A stretch of 64,000 nucleotides of DNA from Chitinophagales bacterium (GTDB taxonomy: Bacteria > Bacteroidota > Bacteroidia > Chitinophagales > CAVYQA01), in the NCBI GenBank assembly GCA_963770495.1, contig CAVYQA010000025.1, forward strand, positions 1,792 to 65,791, read 5' to 3'. The position numbers and the translations under genes are program-made. Below are positions 29,756 through 39,378 of this stretch, piece after piece. Under the pieces are notes generated by a model. The model did not search any database. It was given only the letters and a program-made list of their open reading frames with translations, and was not told the DNA's origin. Position 1 is the stretch's first letter. Each line of letters opens with the position of its first letter.

Positions 29756-30751
29756 ATGAGTGAATTAAAAGTCGGTGTATTAGGGGGTGGCAGCTGGGCA
29801 ACGGCATTGACTAAAATTATTACATTAAAAAACCAACCGGTTAACTGGTGGATACGGCGAACCGAAACGGTGAAATTTATAAATGAAAATAAGCGCAATC
29901 CTAATTATTTAAGTTCTGTTGAATTTGATATCTCTAAAATAAATGCCGGCACCGACCTGCTGCAAACGGTTAATAATTCCGATATAATTATTGTTGCCAT
30001 TCCTTCCGCGTTTTTGAAAGACACGTTGAAAGAGCTGCCCAAAGATTGTTTTAAAAATAAAATTGTTGTCTCGGCAATTAAAGGAATGATTCCCGGCGAC
30101 AACTTTATTATTGCAGAATTCTTTAACCATTATTATGATGTGCCGCTGGAAAATGTGGTGGTCATCAGCGGTCCGTGCCATGCTGAAGAAGTGGCGTTGG
30201 AGAAACTCTCCTACCCCACTATTGCTTCTAAAGGTGAAAAAAGCTGCAAAACCATTTGTGATTTGCTGAATTGCGGTTTTATTAAAACCGTTCCCTCCGA
30301 TGATATTTACGGCACTGAATATGGCGCTGTGCTGAAAAATATTTATGCTCTTTGTGCGGGAATCTGCCACGGGCTTGGCTATGGCGATAATTTCCTGGCT
30401 GTGCTTATCTCCAATGCCATTCGCGAGATGAAACGGTTTGTGGATGTTGTTCACCCCATTAACCGCGATATAAATGATTCTGCCTATTTGGGCGATTTGA
30501 TGGTGACGGCTTACTCGCAGTTCAGCCGCAACCGCACCTTTGGAATGATGATTGGCAAAGGCTACAGCGTGATTGCCGCGCAACTGGAAATGAATATGGT
30601 GGCTGAAGGCTACTATGCGTCTAACTGCGTTCACAACGTGAATAAAAAATATAATGTGCCGATGCCGATTGCCGAGGCGGTGTATAATATCCTCTATCAA
30701 AAAGTTTCGGCAATGGTTGAGATTCGGCTGCTTACCAATGCGCTTAATTAA
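29756..30751 (+). CDS. gpsA: NAD(P)H-dependent glycerol-3-phosphate dehydrogenase
   Basis: GGGSWATAL, SGPCHAEEV, LKNIYA, GDL..T..S.FSRN, VAEG. Confidence 0.96.
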   Translation: MSELKVGVLGGGSWATALTKIITLKNQPVNWWIRRTETVKFINENKRNPNYLSSVEFDISKINAGTDLLQTVNNSDIIIVAIPSAFLKDTLKELPKDCFKNKIVVSAIKGMIPGDNFIIAEFFNHYYDVPLENVVVISGPCHAEEVALEKLSYPTIASKGEKSCKTICDLLNCGFIKTVPSDDIYGTEYGAVLKNIYALCAGICHGLGYGDNFLAVLISNAIREMKRFVDVVHPINRDINDSAYLGDLMVTAYSQFSRNRTFGMMIGKGYSVIAAQLEMNMVAEGYYASNCVHNVNKKYNVPMPIAEAVYNILYQKVSAMVEIRLLTNALN

Positions 30752-30768
30752 GGCGTAAAGCATAAGGG

Positions 30769-31044
30769 ATAAGGCGTAAGTGGTGCTGACAAGAACTTTT
30801 AACTTCCTGACAATTAATTTTTTAATCGCCTGATTTTCAATGCGCCCAGGCATAGCTGTCAGGAAAAGTTGTTGTCGGGTTCTTGTCGGCATTGTTGTCA
30901 GTTGATTAACTAAGGCATAAGTCGTAAGGGGTAAGGCGTAAGTGGGTAGCTTGTGGGTTTGTTTTTGGTTTAGCATAAAATTTAATTTGCTCTAAAATTA
31001 ACGGGTAACTAAACGCGGTTGGCAAAGTTGGGACAGGAAGTTTG
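30769..31044. repeat. ~275-bp non-coding dispersed repeat, copy 2
   Basis: Aligns with 12755..13027; the central ~40 bp is replaced by a TAAGGCG-type heptamer array. Confidence 0.92.
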
Positions 31045-31098
31045 TTGTGCTGATATGCTAATGTGCTGATTGATTATACACAGTGCTTGAATAGCAGG

Positions 31099-31154
31099 TT
31101 ATTCCCTTCCTTTTTCAAGGAGGGGACTGAGCTATGAGCGTAGCCGGGGTGGTT
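31099..31154. repeat. REP-like element family B
   Basis: TTATTCCCTTCCTTTTTCAAGGAGGGG...GCCGGGGTGGTT; inverted near-copy at 34903..34958. Confidence 0.8.
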
Positions 31155-31270
31155 TAATTAAATTCTTTTGGTTTGGTGAATGCCCGCCCGGCTGAACGCC
31201 GTTCGGACGGGAATATTCACGACAAAGAACGACGTAGAAATAGCCTACGCCGAGTGGGGATTTTATCCAT

Positions 31271-32318
31271 TCAATGTTGCACAACTTTTAAAAGATAATT
31301 TAAAAGGTTCATTTTATAATCTTCATCTGTAAGTATATTAGTAAGATTGAAATACTTTGAAATTGTTTTATCTGCTTTTACTCTTTGTTCAACTTCATTA
31401 GTAATGCAAGAGGCAATTAAACAAGTCTTCACTTTATTATTCTCTTTAAGAGAATGTTCAAACGATTTTTTTGCAGCACCATACCTTTCTAAAGCACCCC
31501 ACTGGGTCTGTACCCCCTTTTACTTCAATTACCATTTCAGACTTGCCAGATTTATCAATTATAGTTAAGTCTGGTTCACTTGAAAATATAATTGATTTTT
31601 GATTAGTAAGCATCAATCCTTTTACTTCCTTAATATTTTTAATTATATTATCAATTGTTGATTTGTCAGGAGTTTCAATATTCCCATTTGCTCGCATAAT
31701 AAACGCTTGTAAGAGATTTCGTTTTATTACTTCTTGAGATAGCATTGTCTTAACTACTTTTTCTGCCTCATCTCCAATTGAATTTCTCCAAGAGCCATCA
31801 ATTTGAGCACCGGTTGAGGCGAATAATAATCCATGAATTTCGCTTTCTTTAAATTCACCAAAAGCACTATCCACAATTAATGAAATATGTTCATTAAAAA
31901 ATAAAGCAAGACATAATGCCTGGCTTTCTGTAATGTCTATCTTATTATTTTCCTCAAAACGGCTTGGATCAATATTGCACATGTATTTAGTTGCTTTTTG
32001 TGATAATACTGCAACATTTCTGTAATATCCAATTAAATGGGGATGCTCTCTTATTAATTTGGGATGAGTAAATACCTGTATTAAATCTAAATCACTTTTT
32101 CTTAAAATGTCAAAAGCTGATTCTGTAATACCCCATTCTTTAAAATCATCCCAATTATAATGTTTAGAATGAGGAATAAGTTGGGTTATTGTTGTAGGAA
32201 ATTCAAGTGTTTTATATTCATGAAGTTTTCTATAAAAAAAGGTAGATCGAAGTCGATAATTAATTTTATGTGCTTCAATTAAAAGTTCTTTATTGTTTTT
32301 CTTTATCTTTTTTGCCAT
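31271..32318 (-). CDS. Type II restriction endonuclease (XcyI-like); frameshift at ~31500
   Basis: GAQIDGSWRNSIG, SEPD...EVKGGTDP (PD-(D/E)xK). Removing one base continues as GALERYGAAKKSF... to TGA at 31271. Confidence 0.8.
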
Positions 32319-33724
32319 AGGTAAATACATTTGCGGGTTTCTGTTCTACCATAATTTCCCATTTGCTGACTACTATTGCCCTTACCTTTTGGCAGTACAA
32401 AAATTTTATTGATGTTAAATCCAAAGTTTTCTGCAAACTCTGATAGAATTAAATCGACAGGAATTTCTTCACCTCCATAACGCACATTATCATTAACCAT
32501 TACACAATAACCATTGCTTTTCGTAATTCTTGCCATTTCATAGATTACAAAACATAATTCTAAGAAATAATTTTTTACCATTCTAGGTAAATTATTGTTA
32601 TTTAATTTTTCAAGTTTATTTAATTCATCAAGTACAAAATTTACTTCTGTCATGGCTTTTGAGCTATTATAAACTTCCATTACATTTTCAAAAACTACTG
32701 GTTTGCCCATAGAAGAATAAAATTGATTTAAGTAATGGATTTTTTCTTTGTTCTCGACTGTACAAGAAAGCATTGATTGTCGTAAGTTGCGAATTTTGTC
32801 ATTATTACACTCTAGAAATACCAACTCTAAAGCATAGGTTCGAGTATAATCATATCGATTGCAATAAGGTGGGGATGTAATAATGAAATCAAAGAAGTTA
32901 TCCTTAAGCTTTGGGAGTTCTTCAAGGCAAGACCCCTCAATAATATTAACCGGGTGTTCTTTAATTATTTTATTTTCAACTTTATTGAAAAGTAGTTCGT
33001 TTTGGGGCAGAAGATCAGTGACAATATGAGAAAGTTTATATTTTAAAGCTTCTTCAAACGAAAGTATCTTTCCTTTGTCAAATGGCTTACCTGCCAAATC
33101 TCTTTTTGAACGATGATCCCAGCGTAAATACTGCCCATCCTTTCGGGTAAAGCTAATTTCTTCAAGTACAGAAAAAGCGGCAAAACGCAGGATTGTTTTT
33201 ATTTGATTATTTCTAACCGTGTCGCAAAATGTTAAGTATTTGTTTAGGATGATTTCACTTTGCTCGGAAAATGCATCTTTGGTGATTGAAATATGATGAA
33301 TGTGTATTTTATAATCGGTCATCATCTTCAATTCTATCCAAATATTTTTTGTAATTTTCTTTAGTTCCTCAATATCAATGTTATTTAATGATTCACGTGT
33401 TTGCATTACAAAAACGCCCACCGGCAAAATTTCTATTCCATAAGATTCCCACCCAAGTTTCTGCGCAGCAAACAAGGTTGTACCACTACCTGCAAAAGGA
33501 TCTAAAATTTTCCCAGGCTTTTTTGAATATTCTGTTAGAAAGTATTTAACGAGATTAGCAGAAAAACCTTCTTTGTATTTAAACCAACGGTAAATAGGTT
33601 CATCTTTGTTTGCTTGAAAACTTACAACTTTTCTATTAAAATTATATGCGATTTCTAATTTATCAACCAGTCGGTCATATAATTTTTGTCGTTCGGAAGG
33701 GAAAATATCTACTTCTTGTCTCAT
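32303..33724 (-). CDS. Site-specific N4-cytosine DNA methyltransferase (alpha class, M.AvaI/BsoBI-like)
   Basis: DPFAGSGTT precedes TSPPY; overlaps the REase start. Confidence 0.9.
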   Translation of the reverse strand: MRQEVDIFPSERQKLYDRLVDKLEIAYNFNRKVVSFQANKDEPIYRWFKYKEGFSANLVKYFLTEYSKKPGKILDPFAGSGTTLFAAQKLGWESYGIEILPVGVFVMQTRESLNNIDIEELKKITKNIWIELKMMTDYKIHIHHISITKDAFSEQSEIILNKYLTFCDTVRNNQIKTILRFAAFSVLEEISFTRKDGQYLRWDHRSKRDLAGKPFDKGKILSFEEALKYKLSHIVTDLLPQNELLFNKVENKIIKEHPVNIIEGSCLEELPKLKDNFFDFIITSPPYCNRYDYTRTYALELVFLECNNDKIRNLRQSMLSCTVENKEKIHYLNQFYSSMGKPVVFENVMEVYNSSKAMTEVNFVLDELNKLEKLNNNNLPRMVKNYFLELCFVIYEMARITKSNGYCVMVNDNVRYGGEEIPVDLILSEFAENFGFNINKIFVLPKGKGNSSQQMGNYGRTETRKCIYLWQKR

Positions 33725-33802
33725 CTTACAAATTTAGTCAAATATTTCATCTCACCATTTTATATAAACTAAATCTCATTTACTAACCCCGTTCGACACC
33801 TA

Positions 33803-34435
33803 TCACACCTTCCCCTCCACCCTTTTCACCTCATGCGCCGGGTGAAACAAATAGATGCGGTTGGTTTTTACTTCAAGGCACTTGTAGCGAATGCGCACCC
33901 GCTCTCCTTTTTTAAATACGCGTCCGTCGTGGGTTTTGAAAAAATCGTCTTTGGCAATTTCTTCTAAGAGAAGGTTGAGGCGTGTATCAAAGTGGCGCAG
34001 GGCTTTCATCAGGTGCGGGTCGTTGCAGGTGCTGGCAGAAGGGTCGCTGGTATATCGTTTTAACGGCGTAATTAATTGTTCGGGAAAAATATTTTTAGCA
34101 AAAAAATCTTTTAGTAAAAAACTATAAAGCTGTTTCCACTCAGTGCCATGCGCTTTTACTTTGCCCCTGTATTTTTCCCAGCACATCAGATGCGCCACTT
34201 CATGAATGAAGGTGATGAGAAAAGCATATTGGTTCAGGTCGCCGTTAATGGAAATGCGGTGTCCCATGTTACCATACGGGTGACGGTAATCGCCCAAAAC
34301 AGAATTTCTCTTTTCCGTTATGGTGAGAACTATTTTATAGTCTATTATCCACTTAACCACAATGGGAACGGTTGCCGCCGGAATGTATTTGGCAATAAGC
34401 ACCGTTAATTTTTCGCGCAGCAAAAGGGGGTTCAT
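33803..34435 (-). CDS. SprT-like zinc metalloprotease domain protein
   Basis: LGDYR, HEVAH, HGTEWK. Confidence 0.9.
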   Translation of the reverse strand: MNPLLLREKLTVLIAKYIPAATVPIVVKWIIDYKIVLTITEKRNSVLGDYRHPYGNMGHRISINGDLNQYAFLITFIHEVAHLMCWEKYRGKVKAHGTEWKQLYSFLLKDFFAKNIFPEQLITPLKRYTSDPSASTCNDPHLMKALRHFDTRLNLLLEEIAKDDFFKTHDGRVFKKGERVRIRYKCLEVKTNRIYLFHPAHEVKRVEGKV

Positions 34436-34827
34436 TAATCCTGTTTCTCTTTTAACCCTTTTAACAGGGAAAATAGTTCACTCACCTCAAGACAAGTGAA
34501 GACGGAATAAAAAATAAAAAACGGAATTACTATTAAAAGACTTTTAGGTTTTACTATTAGAATGTAGGCAACAATTCCGGTAATGCAGAGTACAAATTTT
34601 GCAATAAAGGAAAGAGTGATAGCCATTAAAAACTGCTGAGTGCTGCTTTGCAAAGCCGAGCGGGCAGTGAGTGAAAAACTAATAACGCTGACAATAGTTA
34701 AAAATACTAAACAGAACCATGAGAATGCAATGAACGCCGGTATGAGGGCAAGCAATTGTAAAATGATGAGCAGAACAATAAGTATACCATCGGTAATGAG
34801 TAAGCGTTTGAGAAAGCGTGTGAGCAT
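34435..34827 (-). CDS. AtpI-like 4-TM membrane protein
   Basis: Four hydrophobic helices; downstream of atpZ-like gene. Confidence 0.7.
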   Translation of the reverse strand: MLTRFLKRLLITDGILIVLLIILQLLALIPAFIAFSWFCLVFLTIVSVISFSLTARSALQSSTQQFLMAITLSFIAKFVLCITGIVAYILIVKPKSLLIVIPFFIFYSVFTCLEVSELFSLLKGLKEKQD

Positions 34828-34856
34828 TAGTTGGATCAGATTTTAAAAATTGTCAT

Positions 34857-34995
34857 GGTGACTCACCCGCTTGACTCGTGGCTCTGCGCCCCTCTTTTTA
34901 ATAACCACCCCGGCTCCGCTAAATGCTCTGCCCCCTCCTTGAAAAAGGAGGGGAATAAGGGGCACGTGGGATTGAGGGTTAGCGGGTGAGTCACC
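34857..34995. mobile_element. Composite MITE/REPIN-like element: family A arms with nested family B
   Basis: Perfect 15-bp terminal IR GGTGACTCACCCGCT/AGCGGGTGAGTCACC; inner element flanked by AATAA direct repeats. Confidence 0.7.
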
Positions 34996-35002
34996 ACTTG
35001 CA

Positions 35003-35242
35003 TCAGTCATCATTAGAGAATTCTTTAATCATAACATACATGGCTCCTATAACGCCGAGCACGCCAAAAATGAGTTTAAAAATAAATGTGGTGTGAAAAA
35101 GCTTATCCAGCCCCCAGCCAATTAATAATGCCACTGCAATAAATGCAATGATTTGAAAAGCCAGTGAAGAATACCTGGCGTAGGACTCAGATAGCTTCCT
35201 TTTTCTGGGCTGGCGCTGCTGCGGCTGCTGGTTTGTCGGCAT
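35003..35242 (-). CDS. AtpZ/AtpI family protein
   Basis: YARYSSLAFQ, G.GLD, two TM helices. Confidence 0.85.
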   Translation of the reverse strand: MPTNQQPQQRQPRKRKLSESYARYSSLAFQIIAFIAVALLIGWGLDKLFHTTFIFKLIFGVLGVIGAMYVMIKEFSNDD

Positions 35243-35633
35243 GTTTCATTTCTTTTACTCCCATACTGCAGCTACCGTTAAATGTTGCCCCCGCTTCAAC
35301 CACCAGCTTTGTGGCAATGATATCGCCTTCAATATAACCGGAAGATTTAAGAAACAGCAAATCATTAACTTTAATAGTGCCGAATATTTTGCCCGATACG
35401 TCTGCATTTTCGCAAATCAGGTCGCCATCTACTATGCCTGTCGGACCGATAGCTAATTTGGCTTTTGAGGTAACGGTGCCTTTTACTTTACCATCAATGC
35501 GAAAATCGCCATCAGAAACGACCTCACCTTCAACACTGGTGCCCTGGCTAATCATATTCAGTGCAGAACTTGGTGTTGAAACGGGCTTGCCGCCAGCAGG
35601 TGTTTCTTTGTTGCTGTTATTATTGTTGAACAT
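35187..35633 (-). CDS. Bactofilin (polymer-forming cytoskeletal protein)
   Basis: ISQGT.VEG...GDFRIDG, GATFNGSCSM. Confidence 0.93.
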   Translation of the reverse strand: MFNNNNSNKETPAGGKPVSTPSSALNMISQGTSVEGEVVSDGDFRIDGKVKGTVTSKAKLAIGPTGIVDGDLICENADVSGKIFGTIKVNDLLFLKSSGYIEGDIIATKLVVEAGATFNGSCSMGVKEMKHADKPAAAAAPAQKKEAI

Positions 35634-35645
35634 AGGAGAAGGTTT

Positions 35646-36560
35646 TTAATTAAAGTTAATATAATCCTTTGGGTTTAATGCAATTCCATTATACCACAAT
35701 TCAAAATGAAGATGAGGACCTGTAGTTAATTCGCCGGTGTTTCCCACAATTGCAATCACATCGCCGGCATGAACATAATCACCTTCTTTCTTCAACAGAA
35801 CTGAATTGTGTTTGTACAAAGATATTAAATTATTTTCATGTTGTATGCCTATGACATACCCGGTTTCGGGTGTCCAGGTTGAAATGACTACTGCGCCATC
35901 AAGAGTAGCCTTTACGGGGGCATTCTCAGGGGCAACAATATCCACACCGTAGTGTTCATTTTTGGGGTCGAAATCGCCGGTTATATAGCCTTTTACCGGC
36001 AGGAAAAAGTAAAAATTGGTTACACCGCTGGCGGCATTTCCCTGTAAACTTTGCGCACTGCCGACGGGGATACGGACAGCATATTTTTGGTCGTTTTCCA
36101 CATCCTGGCGCATTTGAGATTCCATAGGGCTTACGCGGGACAAATCAATAGAATCATAATTAGTTGATTTAGTATTTTCCGCAGCGGTTACCTTACTATT
36201 TGTATCAACAGGGCTGTTGCCCGACAAAACCCGGCGAAGGTTATTAACATAGTTATTTTGCCCCATGATAACATTTTGAAAAGAATCTGTTTTTAACGTC
36301 AACTGCATTAATTGGCGTTTGACGTTCACATCGCTATAGCCGGGAATGTATTCTTTAATGGGGGTATAGAAAATAACGCTTGTAATGATGAATACAAGAA
36401 TGACAAGGGTGGTGCTTAAAATAATGTAAACGTTAACGCGCGACAGGCGGATAGACGATATTTCCTCAAATGTTTCGTCATTAAGAACCACCAGCCTGTA
36501 TTTGTTATTGAGCCTCTTAAAAAACCTGGTTTTAGGCTTTTGTTCACCTTCCATTTTCAT
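35646..36560 (-). CDS. M23 family peptidase
   Basis: HYGVD, YKH, GNTGELTTGPHLHFELW. Confidence 0.93.
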   Translation of the reverse strand: MKMEGEQKPKTRFFKRLNNKYRLVVLNDETFEEISSIRLSRVNVYIILSTTLVILVFIITSVIFYTPIKEYIPGYSDVNVKRQLMQLTLKTDSFQNVIMGQNNYVNNLRRVLSGNSPVDTNSKVTAAENTKSTNYDSIDLSRVSPMESQMRQDVENDQKYAVRIPVGSAQSLQGNAASGVTNFYFFLPVKGYITGDFDPKNEHYGVDIVAPENAPVKATLDGAVVISTWTPETGYVIGIQHENNLISLYKHNSVLLKKEGDYVHAGDVIAIVGNTGELTTGPHLHFELWYNGIALNPKDYINFN

Positions 36561-36639
36561 GGTCGTTATTTTTTATCAAAAAATTGAAATATTTTTGTAG
36601 AAATCCTGTTTAATACTCAGTACATAAATAAGCCCGTCT

Positions 36640-39360
36640 TTGAACAAAGTTAAAACATTTTACCGGTTACTGTTTTTATCCTTTCTGCTACTGTCATCCT
36701 GCGTTGAAAATAAATATGGTATGGACCAATCGGCTATAAGCCGGGGATATCATAATACAACGTCAAGATACAATGGTTATTATTATGCTCACATGAAAAT
36801 GCAGGGGGATTTCGAAAAAATGCAAAAAAACGAAAAGGATGATTATACCAATCTACTCCCCCTTTATTTAGAGAACCAGGACAACAGTTCCGTTAGTTCC
36901 GATATGGACTCGGTAATTAAAAAAGCATCACTGGTTGTTCAACTCCATACTGATAACAAATCGGGAAAAGCAAAAAGCCAGTGGATACCGGATTGTTACT
37001 TACTGCTCGGGCAGGCGCATTATTTTAAAAAAGATTACGACAGGGCTTTAACCGCCTTTCAATACCTTTCCTCTATGAAAAAAATGGCAAGTGAAGAAAA
37101 ACCAAAGAGTTCAGGATATTCTTCCGGCTATTTAAGCTGTAAAGAGGAGGGCAGGTTGCCCTATAAACTACCTGAACAGAAACACGGTTTGTTTAATTTT
37201 GTAGACCATCCGTCCGCCCGTAACCAGGGCATCCTGTGGCTGATACGAACTTACATCACCATGAAAAAATATGATGAGGCGAATACCATCATACAAGCCG
37301 TGATGAAAAAAACCGATTTTCCGAATGAGCTCAGGGGACAACTGGAAGTGTTACATGCTAACCTGTTTATACAACAGGGGCAATACGCTGACGCTATTCA
37401 GCCGTTGAAAAATGCCATTATACTGACGAAAAATAAAAAACTGCGCACCCGTTATATATTCATCTTAGCCCAGCTTTATCAGAAAATGAATGATGCCAAT
37501 GCTTCAAAGCAATTTGCATACGTACTGAAAGGAGACCCAAGCATAGCCATGGAATTTTATGCAAAGCTTTATTCTGCCTACACTTTTGAGGGAAATACAC
37601 AGGAGTCGTATTATAAAATCATAGCGATGCTGCAGCAAATGGCTCAGAATAAAAAATATGATGACTACTATGACCAGATCTATTACGCTATTGCCACTAT
37701 ATATGAAAAAGAAGGAAACACCAAAAAGGCAGTAGAAAACTATCAATTGGCAGCCCGCAAAAGCACAACTAACCCGATGCAAAAAGGGAAAGCCTATGTG
37801 GCAATAGGCAATATTTATTTTAAACAAGAGCTATATAAACCCGCCAAATTCGCTTATGACAGTGCACTACAGTCTCTTAAACCCGATTATGACAGTCTTA
37901 ATGTGATTAAAGAGCGTCATACTGCATTAACCGACCTGATTAAAAATCTCAACATAATTCAGCGTGAAGATTCGGTGCAAAAAATCGCAAACATGTCTGA
38001 CAAAGACCGCGAAGCCTATGTTGAAGATTTACGCAAAAAAATTGAAAAACAAAAAGAAGAAGAGGAACAAGAAGCGTCTCAAAGCAATAATCTTTTAAAT
38101 ACTACTACACAACAAAATAATAATTCTACCGCCGGGGGCTGGTATTTCTATAATGTGGCGGCAAAAGGGCAAGGGTATAATCAATTTATCCAGGTTTGGG
38201 GTAAAAGAGTAAACGAGGATAATTGGAGGCGAAGTAACAAAGCTTCTGTTGAGCCGGAAGATTTGTCAACTGCAGGAATTGATTCCACCGCTTCCGACAC
38301 ATCTAAATCAGGAAAAAACGACCTGAAAAAAACATTGCTTTCTGGAATTCCGCTTACCGATGAAAAAATGAAGGCATCAGTAGACCGTATTGTTAAAGCT
38401 TATTATGAAGTTGCCGATATTTATAATAACCAGTTGCATAACCAGCCCAAAGCTATTGAAACCTTAAATGAGCTGCTTGCAAGGTATCCGCAAAATTCGC
38501 AACTGCTGCCTGTTTGGTACCAGCTTTATATCATGAATAAAGACCAGGGAAACATGGCAGAAGCAAACAGGTATAAGGATTCTATCGGGCGCAGGTTTCC
38601 GAATTCCGACATCTATAAAATTATAAATGATCCCAACTATATCAATACACTTAATCAAAAACAAAATGAGTTAAACACCTTTTATGCCTCTACATACAAT
38701 GATTATTTAAATGATGATTATAGCACGGTGTTCCAGCGCACCCGACAAGCTGATTCTTTATTTAAGCCCAACCCGTTACAGGCAAAGTTTGATTTACTGA
38801 ATGCTTTTTGCATAGGGCAGATACAAACCAAGGATAGCATGAAAACCCAATTGATAAAATTTATAAAAAAATATCCTTCAGGTGAAGAATACACCCTTGC
38901 TATGCAAGTGCTTAAAGACATGGGCTATGGCAAAGACAGCACAAAAGTGAAACATAACAAAGATTCACTCACAAATTTGAAGAAAACTATTTATAAATAT
39001 ATGCCGAATGAGGCGCAACAAGTAGTGATGGTGTTTTCTTCGGTTGATCCGAGGGTAAAAAGTATCAATGACTCGCTTGTAAACTTCAATAACAAATCTC
39101 ATTCATCAGATAATCTTAATACAACAACAGCATTGCTTAATACGACACGTCAAATGATTATTATAAAGTCATTCACCAATGCAGCCAAAGCAATAGCCTA
39201 TTATAATGAAATAAAGCAGCAGCAAGGTATTATTGATATTGCCAAGCAACTCAATTATAAACTATTTGTAATGGACAGCAAGGATTATATGTATTTTTAT
39301 AATTCCAAGGATGTGGATGGCTACAACAATTTCTTCCAGTCTGCTTATCTATCGCATTAA
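36640..39360 (+). CDS. sprE: T9SS/gliding TPR lipoprotein SprE (PorW)
   Basis: Lipobox LSSC, YHNTTSRYNGYY, TPRs, WYFYN...F...WG.R..EDNWRRS; adjacent to the bactofilin-atpZ cluster. Confidence 0.82.
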   Translation: MNKVKTFYRLLFLSFLLLSSCVENKYGMDQSAISRGYHNTTSRYNGYYYAHMKMQGDFEKMQKNEKDDYTNLLPLYLENQDNSSVSSDMDSVIKKASLVVQLHTDNKSGKAKSQWIPDCYLLLGQAHYFKKDYDRALTAFQYLSSMKKMASEEKPKSSGYSSGYLSCKEEGRLPYKLPEQKHGLFNFVDHPSARNQGILWLIRTYITMKKYDEANTIIQAVMKKTDFPNELRGQLEVLHANLFIQQGQYADAIQPLKNAIILTKNKKLRTRYIFILAQLYQKMNDANASKQFAYVLKGDPSIAMEFYAKLYSAYTFEGNTQESYYKIIAMLQQMAQNKKYDDYYDQIYYAIATIYEKEGNTKKAVENYQLAARKSTTNPMQKGKAYVAIGNIYFKQELYKPAKFAYDSALQSLKPDYDSLNVIKERHTALTDLIKNLNIIQREDSVQKIANMSDKDREAYVEDLRKKIEKQKEEEEQEASQSNNLLNTTTQQNNNSTAGGWYFYNVAAKGQGYNQFIQVWGKRVNEDNWRRSNKASVEPEDLSTAGIDSTASDTSKSGKNDLKKTLLSGIPLTDEKMKASVDRIVKAYYEVADIYNNQLHNQPKAIETLNELLARYPQNSQLLPVWYQLYIMNKDQGNMAEANRYKDSIGRRFPNSDIYKIINDPNYINTLNQKQNELNTFYASTYNDYLNDDYSTVFQRTRQADSLFKPNPLQAKFDLLNAFCIGQIQTKDSMKTQLIKFIKKYPSGEEYTLAMQVLKDMGYGKDSTKVKHNKDSLTNLKKTIYKYMPNEAQQVVMVFSSVDPRVKSINDSLVNFNNKSHSSDNLNTTTALLNTTRQMIIIKSFTNAAKAIAYYNEIKQQQGIIDIAKQLNYKLFVMDSKDYMYFYNSKDVDGYNNFFQSAYLSH

Positions 39361-39378
39361 TCTTCTGTACTATTTAGT

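Noticed and set aside
29342-29807. Overlapping ORFs on both strands over the PQRSA repeats
   Set aside because: Stop-poor alternative frames of a GC-rich low-complexity coding region
29909-30976. 355-aa antisense ORF over gpsA
   Set aside because: Shadow frame of gpsA plus the repeat; no recognisable domain
31490-31505. Phase-variable or inactivated restriction endonuclease
   Set aside because: The run is only 4 C, and the lesion fits the motif-linked error pattern also seen in ordinary metabolic genes
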